This document shows positions 27,898-38,982 of a stretch of DNA of 64,000 nt, piece by piece. The DNA is taken from the NCBI GenBank assembly GCA_964016885.1, contig OZ024765.1:8494001-8558000 (forward strand). The letters are read 5' to 3'. The first letter of the stretch is position 1. Each line of letters begins with the position of its first letter. Source of the DNA: Eledone cirrhosa. Lineage: Eukaryota. A program made the translations under genes and the position numbers. The notes under the pieces were generated by a model. The model did no database searches, was not told where the DNA came from, and saw only the letters and a list, made by a program, of their open reading frames with translations.

Positions 27898-30162
27898 CCC
27901 TTTAATGTTCAAACCGGCCAGAATTCTCTACCTCTTTCCATTGAAACTGGCTGTAACTGGTCACTCAAACTGATGTTAAGGTATTGTTCTCAAAATAAAT
28001 ACTTTCAAAATCTCATAGATTCGATATTATGTGAGGTAATTATTTGAGGTAAAGCCTTTACTGTGATAATACAATAGTATATATAGAGTAATGTAGATGT
28101 TATGTGAGATATTATGTGAGGTAAAGCCTTTACTGTGAAAATACAATAGTATATATAGAGTAATGTAAATGTTATGCGAGATATTATGTGAGGTAAAGCC
28201 TTTACTGTGGAAATACAATAGTATATATAGAGTAATGTAAATGTTATGTGAGATATTATGTGAGGTAAAGTCTTTACTGTGAAAATACAATAGTATATAT
28301 AGAGTAATGTAAATGTTATGCGAGATATTATGTGAAGTAAAGCCTTTACTGTGAAAATATAATAGTATATATAGAGTAATGTAAATGTTATGTGAGATAT
28401 TATGTGAGGTAAAGCCTTTACTGTGAAAATACAATAGTATATATAGAGTAATGTAAATGTTATGTGAGGTAAAGCCTTTACAGTGAAAATACAATAGTAT
28501 ATAAAAAGTAATGTAAATGTTATGTGAGATATTATGTAAGGTAAAGCCTTTACTGTGAAAATACAATAGTATATATAGAGTAATGTAAATGTTATGTGAG
28601 ATATTATGTGAGGTAAAGCCTTTACTGTGAAAATACAATAGTATATATAGAGTAATGTAAATGTTATGCGAGATATTATGTGAGGTAAAGTGTTGACTGT
28701 GAAAATACAATAGTATATATAGAGTAATGTAAATGTTATGTGAGATATTATGTGAGGTAAAGTCTTTACTGTGAAAATACAATAGTATATATAGAGTAAT
28801 GTAAATGTTATGCGAGATATTATGTGAAGTAAAGCCTTTACTGTGAAAATATAATAGTATATATAGAGTAATGTAAATGTTATGTGAGATATTATGTGAG
28901 GTAAAGCCTTTACTGTGAAAATACAATAGTATATATAGAGTAATGTAAATGTTATGTGAGGTAAAGCCTTTACAGTGAAAATACAATAGTATATAAAAAG
29001 TAATGTAAATGTTATGTGAGATATTATGTAAGGTAAAGCCTTTACTGTGAAAATACAATAGTATATATAGAGTAATGTAAATGTTATGTGAGATATTATG
29101 TGAGGTAAAGCCTTTACTGTGAAAATACAATAGTATATATAGAGTAATGTAAATGTTATGCGAGATATTATGTGAGGTAAAGCCTTTACTGTGAAAATAC
29201 AATAGTATATATAGAGTAATGTAAATGTTATGTGAGATATTATGTGAGGTAAAGTCTTTACTGTGAAAATACAATAGTATATATAGAGTAATGTAAATGT
29301 TATGCGAGATATTATGTGAAGTAAAGCCTTTACTGTGAAAATATAATAGTATATATAGAGTAATGTAAATGTTATGTGAGATATTATGTGAGGTAAAGCC
29401 TTTACTGTGAAAATACAATAGTATATATAGAGTAATGTAAATGTTATGAGAGATATTATGTGAGGTAAAGCCTTTACTGTGAAAATACAATAGTATATAT
29501 AGAGTAATGTAAATGTTATGTGAGATATGTGAGGTAAAGTCTTTACTGTGAAAATACAATAGTATATATAGAGTAATGTAAATGTTATACGAGATATTAT
29601 GTGAGGTAAAGCCTTTACTGTGAAAATACAATAGTAGATATAGAGTAATGTAAATGTTATGTGAGATATTATGTGAGGTAAAGCCTTTACTGTGAAAATA
29701 TAATAGTATATATAGAGTAATGTAAATGTTATGTGAGATATTATGTGAGGTAAAGCCTTTACTGTGACAATACAATAGTATAGAGTAATGTAAATGTTAT
29801 GTGAGATATTATGTGAGGTAAAGCCTTTACTGTGACAATACAATAGTATATATAGAGTAATGTAAATGTTATGTGAGATATTATGTGAAGTAAAGCCTCT
29901 ACTGTGACAATACAATAGTATATATAGAGTAATGTAAATGTTATGTGAGATATTATGTGAGATAAAGCCTTTACTGTGAAAATACAATAGTATATATAGA
30001 GTAATGTAAATGTTATGTGAGATATTATGTGAGGTAAAGCCTTTACTGTGAAAATACAGTAGTATATATAGAGTAATATAAATGTTATGAGATATTATGT
30101 GAGGTAAAGCCTTTACTGTGAAAATACAATAGTATATATATAGTAATGTAGATGTTAAAGAG
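27898..30162. mobile_element. piggyBac-like MITE with internal 72-bp satellite (about 30 units)
   Basis: TTAA-CCCTTTAA ... TTAAAGAG-TTAA. The 72-bp unit explains the 24-aa-repeat ORFs. Confidence 0.75.
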
Positions 30163-30267
30163 TTAAAGAGATGACGTATAAAGCAAATGATACACTTGTC
30201 TAACCCTAGCGTGGAATAATGGACATAAAACAGTGATGATGTGTCAAGTATGACACATGAACAATCT

Positions 30268-30797
30268 GGTGTGTATATATTTTTGGTTTATGGGTATCAA
30301 AGTGTATATATTTGTGGATTATCAATATATACAGTGTATCTATACTCTGGGTGTTGGGGTGTATATATTTTTGGTTTATGGGTATCAAAGTGTATATATT
30401 TGTGGATTATCAATATATACAGTGTATCTATACTCTGGGTGTCGGGGTGTATATATTTATGGTTTATGGGTATCAAAGTGTATATATTTGTGGATTATCA
30501 ATATATACAGTGTATCTATACTCTGGGTGTCGGGGTGTATATATTTATGATTTATGGGTATCAAAGTGTATATATTTGTGGATTATCAATATATACAATG
30601 TTTCTATACTCTGGGTGTTGGAGTGTATATATTTTTGGTTTATGGGTATCAAAGTGTATATATTTGTAGATTATCAATATATACAGTGTATCTATACTCT
30701 GGGTGTTGGGGTGTATATATTTATGGTTTATGGGTATCAAAGTGTATATATTTGTGGATTATCAATATATACAGTGTATCTATACTCTGGGTGTTGG
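30268..30797. repeat. 88-bp minisatellite (6 units)
   Basis: gtatcaaag recurs at 30294, 30382, 30470 and onward. Confidence 0.93.
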
Positions 30798-31304
30798 GAA
30801 GACACTCAGCAAGAAATGGAAACATAACTGAAGGGAGAGGAAAAACACAATAATAATAATAATAAACAACAAAAAGGATTTTCAATGTTTTAGTTTAGGA
30901 AGAAGTTATTGAAAAAAAACAACAAAAAAACAAACATCATATATATATATATACACATTATACATGTATGTATACATATGTGCGTGTGTATGTGTATTTC
31001 CGTAGAAAAGATAAAGGAAAAAAGAGTGCTCTATGTATAGAACAGAGCTATTTAATTACATAGTAAACAACATGTTGAATATCCAGCTCATCCTTACAGC
31101 AATGTCCAATGAACTGGACGCTGCTGTAAGGATCGTCTAGTTTCCTGAAACCTTTGGTAATGGAATAATTATATTGTGTTGTTTATTATGTAATTAAATA
31201 TTAAAAAAAAAAAAATATATATATAGAGAGAGAGAGAGAGGGGGAGGGAGGGAGATTGTCAAAAAGTCTTTTTTACAATGGTGTTGTTTGACAGGGTAGA
31301 AAGA

Positions 31305-31347
<43 letters not shown>

Positions 31348-31420
31348 TTTCTTATGACAGGCTGAATGAGTTGGGGTCCAGCACCCAACGAAACTTCAGT
31401 ACCTGTTTATGTCACTGTTG

Positions 31421-31453
<33 letters not shown>

Positions 31454-31469
31454 TGTCTGTATCTCTATA

Positions 31470-31530
<61 letters not shown>

Positions 31531-31533
<3 letters not shown>

Positions 31534-31663
31534 AAAATGTATGACCTCCGATGGCAGAGCTCAAGCTGTTTCGACGGCTATTTCTGGACTAAAAATTCTA
31601 ATTTAGTCCAGAAATAGCCGTCGAAATGGCTTGAGCTCTGCCATTGGAGTCATACATTTTCCT
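31531..31663. mobile_element. Fold-back element in (TA)n; same family as 44362-44560 and 35700-35842
   Basis: Arms of about 62 bp. The 35700 copy shows GAAACGGCT-tgagttc-AGCCGTC, a full hammerhead stem III with GUC. Confidence 0.7.
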
Positions 31664-32460
31664 ATATATATATATATATGTATATATATACAATACCTAT
31701 ATATAAACGTCCATCTTCCACCCAAGCTAGTGTGGAAGATGGACGTTAATCAATATGATGATGATTATATATATATATATATGTATATGTATATGTATAT
31801 GTATATATATATGTATATATATATATGTATATGTATGTGTGTGTGACATAGAGTTTGGCAAAAAGTCTTTTTTTTACAATGGTGAGGTGTTAGTTGACTG
31901 GATAGAAAGAGAAACACACATACATATATATGTCCACACACACATACATATATATGTCCACACACACATACACATATATATGTCCACACACACACATACA
32001 AATATATGTCCACACACACACACACATATGTCAACACACACATACATGTACACATATATGTCCACACACACATACACATATATGTCCACACACACACATA
32101 TATATATATGTCCACACACACATACATACATATACATATGTCCACATACATATACATATATATATCCACACACACATACAGTCTATTTTAGAATGGTATT
32201 GGTTGACAAAATAGAGAGTATATATATATATATATATATATACATATATAAAGATATATATATATACTGGTATAGAGTTTATTTTACAATGTTGGCTGAG
32301 AGGATAGAGAGCATGTGTATATGCATATATATATATATACATATTATACATACACATATATATATATACACATACATACCCACGTATATATATATATATA
32401 TATATACATACACACATATATATATATATACACCCTCATATATATACAATGGTAAAGAGT

Positions 32461-34866
32461 CTATTTTACAATGGTATTGGCTGACATGCCCTTGTTACCA
32501 CTTAGTATGACATAAGGAGTTCTTTCTTGTTTTTGTTTTTCCTGGAGAAGAGTCAATGTATTTAGAGGGGTGTCGGTTGAGCTCATTTGTTTCATTAACT
32601 GTTCCTCTTCCAGTTTCTTCATTCGCTTCTCGGTCTTCTTCTTGCCAGGCCCTTTGCCGTGGAAACGGTGAGACAGTTGACGAAAGGCCTCCTTCTCGTT
32701 GAGCAGCCTGCCGGAGTCGTCAGCGTATTCCAGCCTCACGTCAGGTTTATAGCCTTCCTTCTCTTTGAAGTCGACCAGCATTCCTGTGTAGCGGTCCCTC
32801 TTGCGGTATTTCTCGTCGAGGTCATCGTAACGTTTGTCCTCAATCGAGTAATGGATGGCTTCGAGTCCGCTGTGTTTCGGGCCACTTGCCGTCCGTTTGT
32901 ATTGGTTCTCGAGGTAGCCCTTTTTCTGTGCCACCTGTAATGCAGCAGCTAGGCCCATATTTATGGATGGTTCTTCGTCCAATACTGTGTTTTCTTCTTT
33001 CACGATATGCACGGGTTTTGTATCAATGTCGACTTCGTTCCATTGACTCGACAGATCCTCTTCATCTTGTATCTTCTTTTTGCGTTCCATCAACTCCAGT
33101 TCCAGGTCCAGGAAAGCGTCTCGTTCTTCGTCGCGATTGCCAGCTAAACCGTATGTAGGAATGTCGCCCAAAGCACGACAAAACTCTGAAGTTGCATTCA
33201 AAATAATATCGCTCTTCTTCATGTCGCTGTCGTCGTTAGCATTGGAACCTACTGCCTGGGTATGTCGCAGAGTTTCAGCGATTTCGTCGGGAACTGCTCT
33301 CTCTCTCTTTTGCTTCAACTTTCGTACTTTGTCTAAAGTGGAGTAGAGTTCACTCATAGCATTGTCGTCATCTACGACGTAACTATTGTAGATGTCATCG
33401 TCATCGCGACCGAGGATTGCAGTCTCTTCTGGCTGTTGTTGGTCAACTTCCATATCTTCCACCTCCTCTTTCGGAGTAACATCACCGCCAACACCATCAC
33501 CATCAACACCACCACCACCATCACCTTCCTCTATAGCATCAACCGAAGAAGCATCAGTTTTTACTTTCATTCTCCGATTGCCCAAATTGCTACCGTCACC
33601 TTTTGCGCCACCAAAATCACCAGGCATATTCAAAAGGTCATCAGGCTTCAAAACTTTCTTGCGTATCTTCCTCTTTATTTTTCTGGTCTTCTTAAAGTTG
33701 GCCGATTCTACTTCCTCGGTGGTGTAATATTCTCTGGCTAATGTCGACAGTTGTACCAGGTTTTCTCTTTGCTGTAGCTTTAATTCTTTGCGAATCCTCT
33801 CCAGATCGCTCTCTGCCGACGGGGCATACATGCCCCCAGATCCAAGCTCAAAGGAAGTAATTTTCTTCCCATAAATCTCTTCATCATATTTACTCAACAT
33901 GGCGTCTTTCCTTGGCTGGAATTTATCTGTAAACTCTTCGTCATCGTACGGCGTATAGTCAACCTTCTTCTTTTTAATCTCGTTGTTTTTCACTGCAATT
34001 TCGTCTTCATGTAATCTCGGGTTTACCAAGACATCTTGTTCCTCATTTAAAACCTGGTTATCTTTCAGGGTCAAAATCACGGTGCTGCCTTCTTTAAAAC
34101 TGTCCAAATTGTGTTCAACTTTGAAACCTTTCAGATCTTTTGACGAATAATTTTTCTTCTTTTGCTTATCTTTGTTAAATTCTTCCTCAACTAAACTTCC
34201 AATACCGAAATCTTCGTCCATTTGATCCAACATTTTGGCAGTTTTTTCAGCCATCTCTCGATCGTGTTCTAACTTTCGGCTTTTAGCAATCCATTTTTTC
34301 ATATCATCATCTTCATCGCCATCTCCCAACGTTTTTATCCTGTTAAATTTATCGTAAATCTTTCTTTTCTCTCTCTGTAGTTCCATTTTCTCCCTAATCT
34401 TGTTCGTCCGTTTTAATTCGCCCAAATTCACGGCTGGGACGTGGACATCTTCTGGTTTCTTAGGGGCTGTGGGTTCACCCCCAGGACCATCACCATCGTC
34501 CACACTGGCATCTCCAGCACCACTAGAGAGATCCAACGGCTTCATTCCTAGTTTAATCCGAAGCCTGTTGGCATCTTCAATACTCAAAGAAGAGGTACTG
34601 CTACCACCAGTACTACTACTTCCATTAACATTATTACTACTACTAGCAGCTCCTGGGCCTCCACCGCCTAACGACGAGGGCTCCTTCCTATCTACGTCAT
34701 GTTTATGATGTGAAGACCTCTTACTTTCATCTCTCTCCCTCTCCTTGTCTTTATCTCTTCTCTTCTTACTCTGATGTGGTTCCTTAGTCCGGGACCTCGA
34801 AGTTGACCTCCGCCTGTGTTTATGTCTATGTTCGCGATCAGATTTATGCTTCTTTGAAGAACCCAT
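32461..34866 (-). CDS. SART1: U4/U6.U5 tri-snRNP-associated protein 1 (SART1/Snu66), single uninterrupted ORF, 801 aa
   Basis: MGSSKKH start, basic/RS-like N-terminus, HIND-like SLSIEDANRLRIKLGMKPL, and C-terminal KEAFRQLSHRFHGKGPGKKKTEKR...SSTDTPL...ANTIVK, as in animal SART1. Confidence 0.96.
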   Translation of the reverse strand: MGSSKKHKSDREHRHKHRRRSTSRSRTKEPHQSKKRRDKDKERERDESKRSSHHKHDVDRKEPSSLGGGGPGAASSSNNVNGSSSTGGSSTSSLSIEDANRLRIKLGMKPLDLSSGAGDASVDDGDGPGGEPTAPKKPEDVHVPAVNLGELKRTNKIREKMELQREKRKIYDKFNRIKTLGDGDEDDDMKKWIAKSRKLEHDREMAEKTAKMLDQMDEDFGIGSLVEEEFNKDKQKKKNYSSKDLKGFKVEHNLDSFKEGSTVILTLKDNQVLNEEQDVLVNPRLHEDEIAVKNNEIKKKKVDYTPYDDEEFTDKFQPRKDAMLSKYDEEIYGKKITSFELGSGGMYAPSAESDLERIRKELKLQQRENLVQLSTLAREYYTTEEVESANFKKTRKIKRKIRKKVLKPDDLLNMPGDFGGAKGDGSNLGNRRMKVKTDASSVDAIEEGDGGGGVDGDGVGGDVTPKEEVEDMEVDQQQPEETAILGRDDDDIYNSYVVDDDNAMSELYSTLDKVRKLKQKRERAVPDEIAETLRHTQAVGSNANDDSDMKKSDIILNATSEFCRALGDIPTYGLAGNRDEERDAFLDLELELMERKKKIQDEEDLSSQWNEVDIDTKPVHIVKEENTVLDEEPSINMGLAAALQVAQKKGYLENQYKRTASGPKHSGLEAIHYSIEDKRYDDLDEKYRKRDRYTGMLVDFKEKEGYKPDVRLEYADDSGRLLNEKEAFRQLSHRFHGKGPGKKKTEKRMKKLEEEQLMKQMSSTDTPLNTLTLLQEKQKQERTPYVILSGNKGMSANTIVK

Positions 34867-35838
34867 AGCTTATTATTTCTTTAGCTTCTATTGCACAACA
34901 AAAGCCATTCCTTTACAATAACAAGACCGCACTTAACAACTATGCTGCATTCCCATTGGTTGAAAATAAATTTACTGCCTTCGAAAGAAGAAAAATGAAT
35001 ATATTTTTAAAACATGGACCCCATAACTTACGAATTAAATATAAAATAATTTAATAAACGTCTCTAATTGATTTATATTGTATTTATTGTGATTTAAATT
35101 AATGTTAACGTAATTTATAAATATTTATATTTTCTTCTTTTTAAACAGAAACACCGGTTTGGCAAGGGAGCTAACTCTTAAAAAGAGAGCGAGAGAAAGA
35201 GAGACAGGTTGAGAGAGAAAGTGAAAGAGAGTGAGAAATATATATATATATATATTAATTCAAAATATTAACAAAATAGATATTCTTGTGATCAAGTGTA
35301 TTTTATTATACATATTTCAGAGGTACTGAGTTAACTTCAACAGTACGTCCTCATCATCTCTCTCTCGCTCTCTCTCTCTCTATATATATATAGAGAGAGA
35401 GAGAAAGAGCGAAAAAGCTATTTAGAGAGAGAGAGTGCGGTGCTGAGACCGGGGAGACCACTAATCATGGGAGTACTCAATACATGATGAGATGTAGAGC
35501 GGGTAGAGAGATAGGTAAAAACCTGACCACGACACCAAGTGGTTTCGATTTGTTTGTTTAGAAAACCTGCCAGAAACTCTCCTATGTGAACGAGACACGG
35601 TCACCCGACACAACTTGCCCCAAGTGGGACAAACTCCTCTAACCCATGCTAGCGTGGAAGATAGACATTAAACGATGATGTGGATGATAATGATATATAT
35701 AATTCCAGAATTAGCCGTCGAAACGGCTTGAGTTCAGCCGTCGGGGTCCTACTCGTTCCTATTACCCACTCTACTACCCTAAGTATTGAGTACTTTGGTG
35801 CGTTATGGTCCATCTGGTTCCTTACCACATTTCCTTCG

Positions 35839-35897
<59 letters not shown>

Positions 35898-35934
35898 GAG
35901 GTTATATTTAATGGTTATCTTTCATGGGCATCAC

Positions 35935-36600
35935 ATGACCATACCGACGCCTGTGTCAGATGCGCGATGTTGCATGGTAGTGAGACATGGTTAGCAACTG
36001 TGGAGGATATGCGACGGCTGGAGAGAAAGGAAGCAAGCATGCTCCGTTGGATGTACAATGTCAATGTGCGTGAACGACCAAGCATGGACGAGTTGAGAAA
36101 GAAACTGGGTGTAAGAGGGATAAGTTGTGGTGTGCAGGAGAGAAGACTGAGATGGTATGGACATGTGATGAGTTGAGAGAGAGAAACTGGGTATAAGAGG
36201 GATAAGTTGTAGTGTGTGAGAGAGAAGACTGCGATGGTATGGACATGTGATGAGTTGAGAGAGAAACTGGGTATAAGAGGGATAAGTTGTAGTGTGTGAG
36301 AGAGAAGACTGCGATGGTTTGGACATGTAATGAGTTGAGAGAGAAACTGTATAAGAGGGATAAGTTGTAGTGTGCAGGAGAGAAGACTGTGATGGTATGG
36401 ACATGTGATGCGCATGGAGGTTGACCGCTGGGTAAAAAAGTGCCAAGGAATCACAGTAGAGGAAGACCACGAAAAACATGGGCTGAGGTGGTGAGAACAG
36501 ACCTCAGATCGCTGAAGCTCACGGAGGAGATGGCGAAGGACTCTGACAAGTGGAGAGATGCTGTGCTGAATAGGACCTGTCCCAGCTTTGCAAGCAGTGG
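35935..36600 (+). mobile_element. RTE LINE 3' fragment with internal tandem expansion of about 80 bp (4 copies)
   Basis: MLHGSETW...RRLRWYGHVM...RGRPRKTW. Confidence 0.8.
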
Positions 36601-36623
36601 AAACACCATATATATATATATAT

Positions 36624-36704
36624 ACAGGGTGTCCCCGCCAAAATGTATACACACTTCAACCGCATTCTAATAAATAGGTGTATACATTTTTGGCGGACAC
36701 CCTG
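36624..36704. mobile_element. Tc1/mariner-like MITE (CAGGGTGTCC termini); solo ends at about 38381-38408 and 38918-38970
   Basis: TA-cagggtgtcc...aaaatgtatacac and gtgtatacattttt...ggacaccctg-TA. Confidence 0.65.
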
Positions 36705-36713
36705 TATGTATAC

Positions 36714-36751
<38 letters not shown>

Positions 36752-36840
36752 GAGTTAAACAAGATTCAATGAGTACATCAAAGAATGAGTTTTACAGTAG
36801 GTTGGAAGCACTCTACAGTAAAATATTTTCCGGAGTTATT

Positions 36841-37099
36841 AATATTAAAATACAAATATTAATAAAATAGATGTTCTTGTGATTAATTAAATTTTATTAT
36901 ACATATTTCAGAGGTACAACAGTATGTCTTCATCAGACAAAATATAATGATACATGACATACCCTGAGATGTTAAATGGTTAAGATTTAATCAAGGTACT
37001 ACCTTGATTAAATCTTAAATTAAATCTTGATTAAACCTCTGAAATATGTATATTAAAATTTAATTAATCACAAGAACATCTATTTTATTAATATTTGTA

Positions 37100-37109
<10 letters not shown>
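36841..37109. mobile_element. Fold-back element carrying a hammerhead motif; same family as 44128-44355
   Basis: Inverted arms of about 75 bp ending at the stem II 3' strand (acctctgaaa), followed by (TA)n. Confidence 0.7.
36891..36943 (-). ncRNA. Minimal type I hammerhead ribozyme motif
   Basis: Minus strand reads ATTTTGT-CTGATGA-aga(ca)tac tgtt gta(cc)tct-GAAA-T-atgt-A-TA-ATAAAAT. This gives a 7-bp stem I, an interrupted stem II and an AUA cleavage triplet. Confidence 0.6.
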
Positions 37110-37137
<28 letters not shown>

Positions 37138-37459
37138 CTCATATAAAATAATACAACCAGCTATCCACGAAATACTGATTAGTTAGCACCCCAAACACTA
37201 AATTGGGATAATACTTAGGTATATCCTAATGTTTGTTAAGTGAGATGGAGTTGGTCGGAGTATCGCTTAAAGGTTTCTCTGTTTATGTATTGAAGTATAT
37301 ATATATATATAAGATTAAAAGATTTCACAGCCCTATCATCATTCCGTCACATTCAGCTTATGAACTTTTCAGCCCCCCCTCACCACTTCATTGTAACTGG
37401 AAGGAGAAGAGAACCAGGATTACCTCCCTTTGTCTATATTTCTCATCGTTGGTTCAACA

Positions 37460-37595
37460 ATGGCGAATCCCAGTCCGGTTGTTTCTGGACAGAATAACAA
37501 AGGAGACAGCAATGGCTTCGTTGAAGAACTCCTACATGAAATGGAGAGCCATCCTAGTGTTGTAGAAAGATATTACAAACCAAAATATTGCATAA
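37460..37595 (+). CDS. ABITRAM: ABITRAM/FAM206A (Simiate) coding exon 1 (MANPSPVV...HPSVVERYYKPKYCI)
   Basis: PSVVERYY resembles the FAM206A PSLVDRYF motif. GT donor at 37596, phase 1, compatible with exon 2. Confidence 0.85.
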
Positions 37596-37679
37596 GTACG
37601 TATATAATGCTCTTTCTATCTCCCTGTGCCGCCGTCTTTTGCTGTTTTACAACACGAGGTGTAAACACGGTCTGACCAA

Positions 37680-38620
37680 ATGGTAAACAAGTTCGTTAAG
37701 CAATAATAAGGTCCCTCGTTCGAACCCTAGGCTGGGTATCCGTATATATCTTGGTAAACAAGCTCATTAAGCAATAATTAGGTCCCTTCTTCAAACCCAA
37801 GGCTGGGTATTTTCTATATATATCGTGGTTTTAGTGTTTGTTAAGCAATAATAAGGTCCCTGGTTCAAACCCAAGGCTGGGTATATCGTGCTTCTATAGT
37901 TTGTTAGGCAATAATAAGGTCCCTAGTTCGAACCCAAGGCTGGGTATATCGTGCTTCTATAGTTTGTTAGGCAATAATAAGGTCCCTAGTTCAAACCCAA
38001 GGCTGGGTATATCGTGCTTCTATAGTTTGTTAGGCAATAATAAGGTCCCTAGTTCGAACCCTAGGCTGGGTATTTTCTATATATATCGTGGTTCTATCGT
38101 TTGTTAAGCAATCCTGGTTCGAACTCAAGACTAGGTATCCGTATATATCTTGGTAAACAAGTTCGTTAAGCAATAATACGGTCCCTGGTTCGAACTCGAA
38201 GCTGGGTATTTTCTATATATATATCGTGGTTCTATCGTTTGTTAAGCAAAGGTTAGGTCCCTGGTTCGAACCCTAGGCTGGGTATCCGTATATTTCTTGA
38301 TAAACAAGTTCGTTAATCAGTAATAAGGTCTCTGGTTCGTACCCAAGGCTAGACATCTGTATATGTCGTGGTTCTATAATTTGTATACATTTTTGGGGAC
38401 ACCCCGTATGCCTTGGTAAATAAATAAGATCGTTAAGCAATAATAATGTCCCTGGTTCAAACCCCACGCGAGACAACTTCTGTATGTGTTGTGGTTCTAT
38501 TGTTTGTTAAGCAATAATAAGGTCCTTGGTTCGAACCCAAGGCTGGGTATCTGTATATATCTTGGTAAACAGGTTCGTTAAGCAATAATAAGGTTCGATC
38601 CCAAGGCTAGACAACTTCTA
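37680..38620 (+). repeat. Degenerate tandem array (about 63-75-bp units) of a tRNA/SINE-head-like sequence
   Basis: About 13 copies of aaggtccctGGTTCGAACCCaaggctggg. Confidence 0.8.
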
Positions 38621-38982
38621 TTCTATACATGCACCTTTGATGAGTTGTAGTACACCTGAACACTGTACACAATCATTTTCATTTAAATTCTGAGTTCAAA
38701 TCCCGCCGAGGTTAACTTTGCTTTTCATCCTAACGAGGTCGATAAAATAAAGTACCAGTAATGCACTGGGTTCATTTAATCGACCCCTCCCCTCCTCCAA
38801 ATCTTGTTGGCCTTGTGCCTAAAGTATAATCAATTATTATCATATATATGTCTTAATATACAAGTTCATTAAGCAATAATAAGGTCTCTGGTTTTAACCC
38901 ATGGCTGGCTATTTATATACAGGGTGTCCCAAAAAATGTATACACACTTCAACAATATTCGAATAAATATTGCCTGTACAGG

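Noticed and set aside
28005-29987. 660-aa and 582-aa ORFs
   Set aside because: They come from the 72-bp satellite inside a MITE. The 24-aa periodicity appears in two overlapping frames.
32659-34708. Plus-strand ORFs overlapping SART1
   Set aside because: They are antisense shadow frames of a real coding sequence with no recognisable protein.
37680-38620. tRNA gene cluster
   Set aside because: Only T-loop/B-box-like motifs are present, with no acceptor or anticodon stems recognisable.
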